The notes beneath the pieces were generated by a model. That model ran no database searches. It saw only the letters and a list, made by a program, of their open reading frames with translations, and was not told the DNA's origin. The translations under genes were made by a program, and so were the position numbers. Below are positions 1-10,467 of a stretch of 24,114 nt of DNA, piece after piece; position 1 is the first letter of the stretch; each line of letters begins with the position of its first letter. This DNA comes from Paraphysomonas bandaiensis (lineage: Eukaryota > Protista > Chrysophyceae): NCBI GenBank assembly GCA_965644295.1, contig CBFFRP010000195.1, positions 1 through 24,114 on the forward strand, written 5' to 3'.

Positions 1-902
1 ACAGCATTTACATACTTCCAGTCCATAATTTGGATATGTTTCAAGGAATCTCTGAGTTCATTATAAAATGCCACGCAATTGAACACCTTGGTCTCCTGAG
101 CCACAATGAGAAGCAAATCTGAAACATCCATTTGTGCCAGCTGCGCATGTGTGATGCTGTACACATTCCGCAGATGTGCCTTCAAACTGGTTGAAAGTAC
201 CTTTTGAATTCGCACCTCAGTTTCTTCTTGCTCTTGAAACTCTAAGATGTCTTTGATCGCTTTCGCCACTTTACCCAACTTAAAGTCATTGATGCGAACA
301 TGACACCTCCTTTCCTCTCTAGTTATGGTAACTGTTTTGGCACTAGCCACCTCAGAACTTTTCTTCAAATCCCTGAATAACTTGCCCGCTTTCTTGCCCT
401 TGAAGATGTTATCCATGAGGGTAGGCACATCATTAACACCATCACCATCAACATCGGGATTCGAACCATCGTCCTCCTTGTTGCTATCTTCCTCCTGAGG
501 AATAATGCGAAACTTAGCCATGTTTTCCAGAGTGGAATACCTCGGCTGACGTTTGTGTTTCGACGTGCGTTTGGTAACCTTTTGCCGCTGATGTGAGCCC
601 ACAGAAGCCTGAGACTGACTGCTCTCACCATCCTCAACACTTTGTACTCTATCCTCCAATATTTGCATCCTGCTGCTGAGGTTAGACACTGCAGTAGCCA
701 CCTCTGTAAAAGACTGAGACATGGCACGAACTGTATCCAAAATCTCCTGGTTTGGATTGATGTTTGGAGCAGAAGACTCCTGAACGACATCCTGCACACC
801 TCCAGCAGCATCTTGTTTGGTTTCACCACTACCAGCGGCTTCCTGATCTTTCCCAGGAGTTTTCTTGCCGCCTCTCCTCGATTTACCAGTCGGAGTAGAC
901 AT
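1..902 (-). CDS. gag: Gag-like protein of Gypsy family 2, 5' part (runs off the left edge)
   Basis: Hand translation from ATG at 902 is open to the edge: MSTPTGKSRRGG...AQETKVFNCVAFYNELRDSLKHIQIMDWKYVNA. It aligns with family-1 Gag AKETKVLSKVEFIETLRYALRYFKPLDWKSVRP. Absent from the ORF track, presumably because no stop lies in the window. Confidence 0.85.
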   Translation of the reverse strand, partial: MSTPTGKSRRGGKKTPGKDQEAAGSGETKQDAAGGVQDVVQESSAPNINPNQEILDTVRAMSQSFTEVATAVSNLSSRMQILEDRVQSVEDGESSQSQASVGSHQRQKVTKRTSKHKRQPRYSTLENMAKFRIIPQEEDSNKEDDGSNPDVDGDGVNDVPTLMDNIFKGKKAGKLFRDLKKSSEVASAKTVTITREERRCHVRINDFKLGKVAKAIKDILEFQEQEETEVRIQKVLSTSLKAHLRNVYSITHAQLAQMDVSDLLLIVAQETKVFNCVAFYNELRDSLKHIQIMDWKYVNA

Positions 903-1124
903 GGTTACTGAGAAGAACTTCCGCCTCAAAGACTATATCCACCAAACTTTTCCCTAACACACTGAGACAAGCAACCCTGGCAACTCCTAGAACCACTGAC
1001 CCAGAACTCAACAACACACCAAGACCCCACAAGACAAATCCCAAAGACAACCCTGCGTAAGAATCCAAAACCTCAACACTCAACACTCAACACTCAAACC
1101 CGTTGAACCCGTCGGATTTGTACA

Positions 1125-2434
1125 AGTGACAACAGTTAACACACAGGCGGTATCCACGGTCGATTGACTTCGAAAAGAACCGAATTTCCTCAGTCACCAC
1201 ACTGTGTATCAAACAATCACCACTGAACAAAGAGCCTAGAGAACAACTACTGACAACTCACACCCAGAGAACAACAGACAACCAACGACAACAGGCAACC
1301 GAAGGCAACAGACAACAAGCCCAGAGAATCAAGCCCAAAGAAGCGTGTCGCAGTTAGTTTCTTATAAGAGTGTGAAACAACAGCGCAAAGACAGAAATTT
1401 CTGTACGAGCAGTAAAGTAAATATTTACTATAACAACACCCGGTTTGATAACCAGGGTGTTGGCTCGTAAACAATAAAACTACAATAACACCTACACTGA
1501 ACCAACAAAGAACAGTAATAACGGTGTTATTATTAAAACACTTTTCTAAGTCTAGACCTAAACTTAGTTAGTGACTCCCGCAAAGAGCCACCGCGCAATG
1601 GTATACCGCCGGCACCCAAGATCACTAGCACCAAGCTTTGGTCTAACTTAAAACAAGTGATAAACACCATAGAAGCATATATGCACACACACACACTCCT
1701 AACATGGTACAACACACGTGGTGTCATCACACCACCACAGGTTGCGTAACTCTTCAATCAAAACTGAAAAATACACAGCAACCTGATAGGGAGTGACTCA
1801 CCAGCATATGCCGAGAGTACACCGTATACTACGTATCTATACCCTACCAGAGACTGAAAACCCCATAATCCAGGAAATACATAAATACAGTACGTATAGT
1901 ACGTATAGTACGCACACCACATTTGCAATCGAACCCCAATAAGCCTTGCATAAACACTCGTGCACCTCAAGTGAACAATAGCGACTTCCCTCTTATGATG
2001 GTCACATGTACTTGCCCCCCTATAGGGTAGTATGGGTAATACATGTATGTATGTATATGGAAGTATATACTGCAACTGCTATACAGGAATACGGGCCCAC
2101 ATAACTTTGATATAAATTTGCAGCAGGTTTCACATCGACCGAAGTCACCAGCAGCAGATCATAGTCGTACATCATCATCAGCAGATAAAAATTGGACATG
2201 ATACCCGAACGTTGGCTCAATATGTAGGTACACTGTGGTACATTACCAATGTCCAAATGGTGTTGCATAATATGTATCCTGAACACAATGAAGGTCCTAA
2301 AGCAATATATAGGGTCCTGATATAGGGTCCTAAACCAACATAGGGTCCTAAAAGTCAATGTAACCATGCATGTGACTCAATAGCGTGATACTATAGCCAC
2401 GTAGATAGGGCATGGGAAATGCCACGTGGTCACA
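1125..2434 (-). repeat. 5' LTR of Gypsy family 2, copy A (inner boundary approximate)
   Basis: Starts TGTGACCACGTGGCATTTCC on the minus strand at 2434, the same start as the copy at 17929. Body is homologous in inverted orientation to 2690-3600. Lies upstream of gag. Inner end guessed from GTCAC near 1126-1130. Confidence 0.7.
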
Positions 2435-2463
2435 CATTGACATGTGTGCGACCATGGATTTCT

Positions 2464-2464
<1 letters not shown>

Positions 2465-2502
<38 letters not shown>

Positions 2503-2517
2503 GCGGGGGGGGGGGCG
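2465..2517 (+). promoter_or_regulatory. Polypurine tract (A37-CGC-G11-CG) preceding the family-2 3' LTR
   Basis: Purine run directly followed by TGTCACCGCATGGCATTTCC, which resembles the LTR start of copies A and C. Confidence 0.65.
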
Positions 2518-3859
2518 TGTCACCGCATGGCATTTCCAGCGGCTTATAGTACGGCAATACATCCACACTCTTATGGATCTCATGCCTTCTAAAGCAAAAG
2601 CTAAATATTCTAGCTGGCAAGCCGATATGATGTCATCACTAGCACAGCCAACAAACCATACACATAATTACCTATATCAAAAGAACATTATATCATCAGG
2701 ACCCTATACCATGTCTAGGATGCATATTCTATGTTATACTCATTAAGATGGGGTAATGAGCTAAGATGTACCTACACACGGAATCAACGTTCAGGTGTGA
2801 TGTCCATTTTATCTGTTGATGATGATGTACACTATGATCTGCTGATGGTGACTTCACGCAATATGTGAAATCTGCCACAAATTTATAATAAAGTTATGTG
2901 GGTCAGTATTCCAGTGTAGCAGTTGCAGTGTATACTTCCATAGGAATACGTACTGGCATTTCCCATACTACCCTATAGGGGGGCAAGTACATATCACATC
3001 AAGGGAGAATGGATATTATATACTCGAGAATGGATATTATATACTCGAGGTGCACGAGTGTTCATACCAGACTCAGTGGGGAATTAATTGTGATGTGCAA
3101 TACCTGGTATGCAGGGTTGTATTCACGTATAACCTGGATATTAGGGGTTTTGGGTTCTTGAATGCTAAAATACACCAAAGTGGCGGTATACTGTTTTTGT
3201 ATGGGTATTTAGGAAGACGTAGGATATGGTGTACTATTAGTATGCGGTTATACGTTGCTCTTAGGTTGCTGTGTGTATTCAGTTTATAGAATAAACACGT
3301 TTCTGTGGGTGGTTGTGACGTTGCAGGGTGTTGTGATGTTGTTGAGGAGTAGGAGTGGGTGTAACATGTATGCTATGGTGTTATGCACTTGTTTAGGCTT
3401 AACCGAAGTGCTTGGTGCCAACGATCTTGTTGCACTGGCGGTGTTACCTGCGTGGTGATTTCTGGCGGAAATCATTAACTAGGCATTAGGTTATTGCTTA
3501 GAGTAGTCAAGGCTTTAATAATACATTGTTCTTACACCTGCGTGTTTGTGTGGTATACCTGTACTGCGAGCCGTGATTCTGGTTATCAAACCGGGTTGCG
3601 TCATAGCTTGGAATGACGCTTTATTGGCTGATACAAGTATTACTTCTATTTATCCCAGATATGTATTCCTATTTCTTTTCTCTAGCTGGAGGGAGAAGGG
3701 GTAGTGTCACGCATACCTGTAGTTACTGTTATACGTGGAGTTATACTGTGTTATACTGCGGTACTCTAGGTAGCATGCTGTTGTACTTTCATTTTCAGTT
3801 TATTTAGTATACATTGCGGTTACTGTATTCTTGAAGGGATATAAGTCCCGTATATGTAC

Positions 3860-4967
3860 TGTAAAGCCGTGGGCTTTTTATAACACCCTTGTCTCATGTT
3901 TAATGATATAATATTATGATAATGACACTGAATAATATAATTCCAATACAACTATGATATTCATTTAAGGCATGTAGCTGGTTTAATATAGGAAACGAAT
4001 GTAGTAAATGTTTATTATTATATTATGAGAGAACTGTGAGGAAGAAGAGTACTAGGACTTGCCCTCGAGCACACAATTTCGGTTTTGAGCAATGGATTTC
4101 TACTCACTGGTATACACCTATATTCATATGGTAGTCGGTGTCGGTGTTATAGCGATTTAAGTAGCTCGTTGGACTCAGCTATACGACTATTTGCTGTTAT
4201 CACACTCCATCAATTTTCTCCGGAAGGTGCACAAATTGGAAAGGGGCCTTAGGCATATGGCGAGAGGACGGTATGGGTGATATATGATACAGATATGAAG
4301 GTGTAACTTTCGTTGGGAATGTTAATCGAAATCGATATGTGTTAATGCATTTAACGTTTGGAATGAGATTGAGTTTATCATGAAATGAGCTGGCGAATTT
4401 TTAGTGACTCGAAAACTAGTTTTTTTTTTGGGGGGACTCTATAATTGGTGATTTCTTGCAAGACTCGGGAATTGGTTGTTTTTGGGGTCTTTGTAGCTCA
4501 GAAATCGGAGATTTTACAGTAAGATTCCAAAACCGGTGGTTTTGGGGTTTTCGGTCCAGAAATCGGGGATTTTGGTTTTTCCGGGACCAGTAAACTGGCG
4601 GTTTTCTGTGAGGACGTTTTCTAGGCTTATTTCAGTTCGCATTTTGTGTACAATGGACATGGGACATGAACTGTATTCAGTGTACTGCATGTATGGTCAT
4701 ATTTATTGAACGGTGCTGGTTGTTTGCTTGACATGTGTACTATGGGGGTCTTAGACTAGGAATCTGTCTTCTCACTTCTTTTTTATCTAACTAATCATAG
4801 CTAAGTTAATTGATCTACCTTTTGGGAGCTTAAGGTTGCGAGATACTTGGGAGCTTGTATTGCTGGCTGTGATAAGTTAAATAAGCATTCTGTTTTGTTG
4901 TTTCGATAAACAACCATTTCACATATCTTTTCAGTGATCTTAGGTTGCAAGACCTGAGTTGTTTACA
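3860..4967 (+). repeat. 5' LTR, family 1 (1108 bp)
   Basis: Direct repeat of 10468-11633; 6-bp terminal inverted repeat TGTAAA/TTTACA. Confidence 0.95.
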
Positions 4968-5033
4968 GTAAATTTACTCACGATAAAATCACATAAGTGA
5001 AGAATAGTTTTAAGGAAATAGATTTTTTAAATT

Positions 5034-6410
5034 ATGTCTGATTCGAGCAGTCCCATTGTCTCTTCCGAAATGGATGAAATCAAAGGAATGTTGAGAGTAA
5101 TCGCTAATGAGTTAGGAGAGGTTGCGAAGTTGTGTGCAACGACCGCTGGTAGGGTGGACCACCTTGAGACAAGGGTTGCCATAGGAGAGGGACAGTTTCT
5201 GGATGAGCTGGCAGCGGTTCAGCAGGAGGTCAATGATAGTGTCGGTGCCAGACGAGAGGAGCAGGATGATGAATCTGCTGAAGATCCGAAACAGAAAAAG
5301 AAGGAAAGGCGAACTTCTGTGTTTATTAGGGAAGCGCAAGGCTCGGATGACATAGAGGTTAGGAAACAGGTCGTTATCAATGTTGAAAAACCGCCACATA
5401 AGCATATTTTTCTGGATTCGATGGAGCTCAGCGATTTTACAAAGTTTATCATCCAATGGTTTGAATACGAACAGATCAATGGGATTAAACTTGAGCCAGC
5501 CCAGATAGTTAGCAGGCGTGTTCGGAACCTGCTTATGTTCAACAATAGCTTGACGGATAAAATGTTTGTTAAGCTGAGTGCTCAAAAGTTTTGTGAACTG
5601 ATGGCTAAGGAGACCAAGGTGTTGTCTAAAGTGGAGTTCATTGAGACTTTGCGATACGCGCTGAGATATTTTAAGCCACTGGATTGGAAATCAGTGCGGC
5701 CGAATACACATGAGCTGTTTTTTCAAGAGATTTTGAAGCGAAAGAGTATTTTTATGCGTACGTTTACTATCATGATGGAGGCAAATAGTACTAAGTGTCC
5801 GCCGGTTGGAGGAAAAGAGTTTGGATCTGCTCAAGTATTTTTGGAGTTGATCGACGAGTCTTACAACAAACGAATTCTGGCGGAGATTCCAAGAGTGACG
5901 GATACTAATTATGGTAATGTTGAAGAGTTTCTGGATACATACGTTTCCAAGGCGAGTGAGCATTATGAGGCGTCCAAGAACATTAGATTGGTGCCTTATG
6001 AAGGGTCCGATTTCAGTAGGAAGCAAATTCAAAGGAGTTCGAGGAATCGGGACAATGGATACGTTGCAAAGGAGAAACCGAAATCTTTAAACAACGTGCA
6101 GTTTGCGGACCGAGTTGAGGATGATTTCTACAGTGATTTAGATGACAAGGAGGTTGACCCGATAGTTGTGGTCAAGGATGACGGGATGTCAGATGATGAT
6201 TTCGAGAATGAGGTTGAGGAGATGTTGCTCGGCGAACCAGAGTCTGATAAGGAAGCTATAGAACAGGTGATGAACCTGGAGAAGACTGTTAATCCAACCC
6301 GTGGTTGTGTTGCGTATGCGTTGTATGGGAACTGCTACAAAGGGAAGGAGTGTAAGCATGTCCAGGGTCATAATGGAGCAGTTGCAACGGAAACCCGGAA
6401 ATGGATATGA
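5034..6410 (+). CDS. gag: Gag-like protein with N-terminal coiled-coil-like region and C-terminal CCCH-type zinc finger
   Basis: First ORF after the 5' LTR; motif CVAYALYGNCYKGKECKHVQGH. Probably extended originally to TGA 6490 (frame break near 6405). Confidence 0.85.
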   Translation: MSDSSSPIVSSEMDEIKGMLRVIANELGEVAKLCATTAGRVDHLETRVAIGEGQFLDELAAVQQEVNDSVGARREEQDDESAEDPKQKKKERRTSVFIREAQGSDDIEVRKQVVINVEKPPHKHIFLDSMELSDFTKFIIQWFEYEQINGIKLEPAQIVSRRVRNLLMFNNSLTDKMFVKLSAQKFCELMAKETKVLSKVEFIETLRYALRYFKPLDWKSVRPNTHELFFQEILKRKSIFMRTFTIMMEANSTKCPPVGGKEFGSAQVFLELIDESYNKRILAEIPRVTDTNYGNVEEFLDTYVSKASEHYEASKNIRLVPYEGSDFSRKQIQRSSRNRDNGYVAKEKPKSLNNVQFADRVEDDFYSDLDDKEVDPIVVVKDDGMSDDDFENEVEEMLLGEPESDKEAIEQVMNLEKTVNPTRGCVAYALYGNCYKGKECKHVQGHNGAVATETRKWI

Positions 6411-6493
6411 TGAAGAAGCTGTCTCAGATGATGGCAGATGATTCCAAAGGGCCGCGAAAGATTTTGCCGAGGCCTGGTGGAGTGACTTGACAA

Positions 6494-7096
6494 ATGTGCG
6501 AGGCTAATGGTTCACAGGATCACGAAGAAATATTGTACGGTTTGAATGATCCTGAGACTGTTAGTCGAGTTTTCCTCAGAAATTTGATGAATGTCTGTAA
6601 TACGCGAGAACGAAAAGACTTGACATTGGCTCATTCTGGGGGAAGCATTGTATGTGATGATAACTATATAATATCTGTGCGTGGAATATTGTTCGACACT
6701 GGAGCCCTAACATCTAACTTCATCTCCAAGGATTTGTTTGAGACGTTTGGAAATCATGTGTGTGAAAACAAAGTCATAAAAAAAGAAACAGTTATAGGAT
6801 TTGCCGATAAAACGTCGAGAATGAAGTGTAGTTTTGTAGTGAAATTAAAATTGAGGTTTGAAAGAGAAGACTCCAAGGGAGAGTTCGTGTTATATGAAGG
6901 GGATTTCATTGTTGCTGATATGGGTAGCAACGATATTATCATTGGACTTCCGGCTATCGTTAAGGATCTATGGGATTATTTTCTATTTATGCTTAAAGGA
7001 AGGACTATTGAACGAGTTGAATCAGAAGTAAGTTTTATTAAAAGGCGTGAGGAAGATGTTACCGAGGATGATTTATTTGTTGTTGAATGCGGTTGA
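6494..7096 (+). CDS. pol: Retropepsin-type aspartic protease part of Pol
   Basis: ILFDTGA catalytic motif and DIIIGLP second motif; overlaps the next ORF in a different frame. Confidence 0.9.
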   Translation: MCEANGSQDHEEILYGLNDPETVSRVFLRNLMNVCNTRERKDLTLAHSGGSIVCDDNYIISVRGILFDTGALTSNFISKDLFETFGNHVCENKVIKKETVIGFADKTSRMKCSFVVKLKLRFEREDSKGEFVLYEGDFIVADMGSNDIIIGLPAIVKDLWDYFLFMLKGRTIERVESEVSFIKRREEDVTEDDLFVVECG

Positions 7097-10000
7097 AGAA
7101 TTATTGCAGCCGTGGTGTGACAGTAGTAGGGAGGTAGCACCTGAAGAATTGGATGTTCCGGATCCTTCGCAGTTCGGATTTGCCTCAAGTTTTCTTGGAA
7201 AGACTAGAGAGGAAGCTTTGAGCGAGTTCGAGGATATGTTTGGTGAGCACGTGTCCCCAGAGTTCTCAGCAGCGCGACCGGTGCTGGAGTTATTGAGGAC
7301 TAAGGGAGTAGAGGTATTTGTTCCAGAGCGGTGGGAAGGTATAAAAGGAGTGGATCCGTTGAACATCAAGTTCGCTGAGAATTTGCCTCCTAGGATCAAG
7401 CCGAAGGCAAGACCCGTAAATCCTAGATTATATGAGGATGCGGAGAAGGAGTTCAGGAGACTGTGTGGTTACATCTATGTTCCTAGTAGGTCGCCATGGG
7501 CTTCTTGTTTGGTGATCGCGCCAAAAGCCACGAAACCTTTTATTAGGATTTGTGGGGATTATGTGCAAATCAACAAGTACATTCCAAGTCCACACTATAC
7601 AGTTCCTAATGTAAGACATGAGTTGGATCGTATTATTGGCTATAAGATATTTATGGACATTGACCTCACGAATGCGTTCCATCAGATCAGGTTGCATGAG
7701 AACACATCTGAAAAATTGTCAGTTCAAACACCGTGGGGCCAATTTCAGCCTTTATTCCTTCCGGAGGGAGTGTCTCCAGGGATTAGTGTGTTGCAAGAAG
7801 CGGTAGTCAAATTGTTTGGAGATCTGGAATGGGCGCTGTGTATATTTGATAATGTTCTGTTATTGGCACATGATTTTGATGATGCGTATAAGAAGCTGGA
7901 GATTTTCCTGGATAGATGCATTGAACATGGAGTTGTGTTGAAATTTGCAAAGACCTGGTTAGGATTTAGGGAGATCAAGTTTTTTGGCTATTTGGTAAGG
8001 CACAATAGTTTCGAGCTCACGGACGATAGGAAAGAAGCTTTATTGAAGATTCCTTTTCCAGAGAATGGAAATAGATGTAAGAAGATTAGATCTTTGTTGG
8101 GTATGGGAGTATTCTTTGCTCCATTTGTTCAGAATTACTCAGATTTGGTTAAACATCTTACGGATATGACTAAGAGTAGTTTTAATTGGGAAGAAACGAC
8201 ATGGCAGCATGATTATAGGCAAGAGTTTGAAAAATATAAGAGTGGTTTGCAACAGTCTTGTGCTTTGTTTTATCCGAATTATGATCTTGAGTGGACACTT
8301 AGGACAGATGCCAGTGACTATGGAGTGGCAGGCATTCTTTTCCAGACTGTTGAGGGAACTGGGTCTAGTCCGATTCAACAGCAAACTATTGCTATCTGTT
8401 CCAAGAAATTGTCAGAGCAAGCTTTGAAGTGGTGTACTATTGAGAAGGAGGGTTTTGGTATATTCTATTCAGTCAAGAAATTTTCGTTTTATCTGAGAGG
8501 AAAGAAATTTACAATCGAGACGGACCACAACAACCTTGTGTGGATGGAGGCATCAGAAGTTGCGAAGATAATTCGATGGAGAATTTATTTGCAGGATTTT
8601 GACTTTTTGATTCGTCATATCCCAGGGAAGAACAATGTGGTTGCGGATCGCTTGTCAAGATTGCTGTATTTGTCCGGATTTGTGGACGAAAGTGACGATT
8701 TCGACTCAGATGAAGTGAACTTCGTGACACTGCATAACATCTTTGAAAAAGACGATTTTGAGGACGACGTTCAAGAGATCGCGCCGCCTACGGAGGTACA
8801 GAGGATAGATTATTACCAGGCTATCAAAGAGGTTCACAACGCGCAAGCAGGACACTGGGGTGCGAAAGAGACGTGGAAACGTCTGTGTAGGCAATTTCCG
8901 GGACACGGCGTGCCTTTCAAGGTGGTTGCAGACTTCGTGGACGAATGTATCAACTGTCAGAAGAATAGGCGAGAGCTGAAGCAGCGATTGATTCCTATCA
9001 CTAGACATTTAAAACCGCCTCATTCAAGGAGTGCACTGGGAATTGACGCGGTTGCTATTACACCTGTTTCTAAATCTGGTTACACGCATATTGTGGTCAT
9101 GGTTAATTTGTTTACGAAATTGGTGTACCTATATGCGGTGAAAGGAATGACAGCTATCAATTTGGCTACAGCAGTGTGGAAGTGCTGGTGTACATATGGG
9201 CTCACGGATATGATTATATCAGATATGGGTCCGGATCTCAAATCAGAACTTTTCGCAGAACTGGTTAAGTTGTCAGGACTTCGTCATGTTTTTAGTATTG
9301 CCAACAGGCACGTCAACGGATGTGAGCGTATTATTAAGGAAGTGGTTCGTCACATCCGGGCTATTTGTTTTGATAAGAGAATCGAAGCTGATGCTGTTTT
9401 AGAGGACGAACTGTTACTTGCTACTATCATGTTCATTCTGAATACCCATGAGAGTAGTGAGACGGGGTATTCTGCATTCGAACTGACGTTTGGGTCCCAG
9501 GATTCTATCTATAAGAATCTTTTGGCTGCCCAAGGGAGAGACAATGATCCGTCTCATCAGCTGTTGAAAAGGCTGAACGATTACTTAGCTCTTGTTCGTC
9601 AGATATCAGCAGACTACCAGAAGTCTCTAGTCGATAAACGAGCGGAAGCGGGTTTGGATCCTGCCAAACAAAACCAGTATTGTCCAGGCGATTTTGTTAT
9701 GTTCGACGCTGGTGCTAAACCACATCCGAAATTATCCTCGAGGATGAAGGGTCCTTTCGAAGTGGTACGGCAATACAAGAATGATGTTCAAATTCGAAAT
9801 CTTCTTACCGGGGGAATTCGGGAATACTCTGTCTCTGATCTTGAGCCATTTTTCGGAGATAAGGAATCCGCTATCGAAGCGGCAATGCGAGACCATGAGC
9901 AATTTAAGGTGGAGGAGATTCTTTCATATACGGGAGATTCACGAACTAAATCTACGATGGTCTTCAAGGTGAAGTATGCGGACGGCGATATCTTGGACAT

Positions 10001-10436
10001 TCCATGGACACCGGATATTCAGTGTGAGGCATATTACGATTTTTGTGAGTCTAGGCCTTACTTGCGACACCTCGCGTACGACTCGTTTACAGCGAAGCGT
10101 TTTATCTCTTCAATGAGGAAGGAGAGCATCACAACAGTATCGGTTGGAGATGTTGTTTATGTTGATCTCAGGTTCTACGGTGACCTGTGGTACGAGAGTC
10201 TGGGTTTACCAGATTTTGCAACAGCTTCGTATGTCATGGAATTTACGTATACCCATTGGTATCATAAGAATTCTAGACGTAAGATTAGCGCTCAATTTAA
10301 CCTTAACGGTGCCAACTATGCGTTCGACAACTATTTGGTTTACTGTTGGGGATCCCAGAAGGATTTTGACCCTACTCGCATGATTTTGGTTGATGCGTCG
10401 CTGGCTGCGGCTTATCCCAAAATTATTCAGGAGTAG
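7047..10436 (+). CDS. pol: Pol: reverse transcriptase, RNase H, integrase, chromodomain-like domain and an extra C-terminal domain
   Basis: RT (SPWAS, RICGDY, DLTNAFHQI, IFDN, IKFFGY); RNase H (TDASDYG, EKE, ETDH, GKNNVVADRLSR); integrase (H-x5-H...CINC, GIDA, ISDMG, ERIIKE, KGPF); chromo-like FKVEEIL...FKVKYADG...PW. Confidence 0.95.
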   Translation: MRKMLPRMIYLLLNAVEELLQPWCDSSREVAPEELDVPDPSQFGFASSFLGKTREEALSEFEDMFGEHVSPEFSAARPVLELLRTKGVEVFVPERWEGIKGVDPLNIKFAENLPPRIKPKARPVNPRLYEDAEKEFRRLCGYIYVPSRSPWASCLVIAPKATKPFIRICGDYVQINKYIPSPHYTVPNVRHELDRIIGYKIFMDIDLTNAFHQIRLHENTSEKLSVQTPWGQFQPLFLPEGVSPGISVLQEAVVKLFGDLEWALCIFDNVLLLAHDFDDAYKKLEIFLDRCIEHGVVLKFAKTWLGFREIKFFGYLVRHNSFELTDDRKEALLKIPFPENGNRCKKIRSLLGMGVFFAPFVQNYSDLVKHLTDMTKSSFNWEETTWQHDYRQEFEKYKSGLQQSCALFYPNYDLEWTLRTDASDYGVAGILFQTVEGTGSSPIQQQTIAICSKKLSEQALKWCTIEKEGFGIFYSVKKFSFYLRGKKFTIETDHNNLVWMEASEVAKIIRWRIYLQDFDFLIRHIPGKNNVVADRLSRLLYLSGFVDESDDFDSDEVNFVTLHNIFEKDDFEDDVQEIAPPTEVQRIDYYQAIKEVHNAQAGHWGAKETWKRLCRQFPGHGVPFKVVADFVDECINCQKNRRELKQRLIPITRHLKPPHSRSALGIDAVAITPVSKSGYTHIVVMVNLFTKLVYLYAVKGMTAINLATAVWKCWCTYGLTDMIISDMGPDLKSELFAELVKLSGLRHVFSIANRHVNGCERIIKEVVRHIRAICFDKRIEADAVLEDELLLATIMFILNTHESSETGYSAFELTFGSQDSIYKNLLAAQGRDNDPSHQLLKRLNDYLALVRQISADYQKSLVDKRAEAGLDPAKQNQYCPGDFVMFDAGAKPHPKLSSRMKGPFEVVRQYKNDVQIRNLLTGGIREYSVSDLEPFFGDKESAIEAAMRDHEQFKVEEILSYTGDSRTKSTMVFKVKYADGDILDIPWTPDIQCEAYYDFCESRPYLRHLAYDSFTAKRFISSMRKESITTVSVGDVVYVDLRFYGDLWYESLGLPDFATASYVMEFTYTHWYHKNSRRKISAQFNLNGANYAFDNYLVYCWGSQKDFDPTRMILVDASLAAAYPKIIQE

Positions 10437-10447
10437 CTACGGCATCC

Positions 10448-10464
10448 GGAGGGGGGAGAAAGGG
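10448..10464 (+). promoter_or_regulatory. Polypurine tract of the family-1 element
   Basis: GGAGGGGGGAGAAAGGG ends 3 nt before the TG of the 3' LTR. Confidence 0.9.
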
Positions 10465-10467
10465 TAA

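Noticed and set aside
365-911. ORFs 365-829 (-) and 642-911 (+)
   Set aside because: Shadow frames of the gag ORF starting at 902.
2290-2350. ATAGGGTCCT short repeats as a CRISPR-like array
   Set aside because: Only ~10 bp, irregularly spaced, inside an LTR, with no cas genes.
2465-2501. Poly(A) as a LINE/SINE tail
   Set aside because: No upstream non-LTR body or target duplication; position next to a G-run and an LTR start fits a PPT region better.
2377-2746. Poly-Lys and poly-Phe ORFs
   Set aside because: They are translations of the A37/G11 tract and LTR sequence, not genes.
3005-3046. 21-bp tandem duplication in LTR B (single in copy C)
   Set aside because: Ordinary slippage with no evident function.
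3255-3475. Short ORFs repeated at 18593-18813
   Set aside because: Conserved only because they lie in closely related LTR copies.
4479-4552. TTTTGGGG motifs as telomeric repeats
   Set aside because: Isolated units within LTR subrepeats, not a tandem array.
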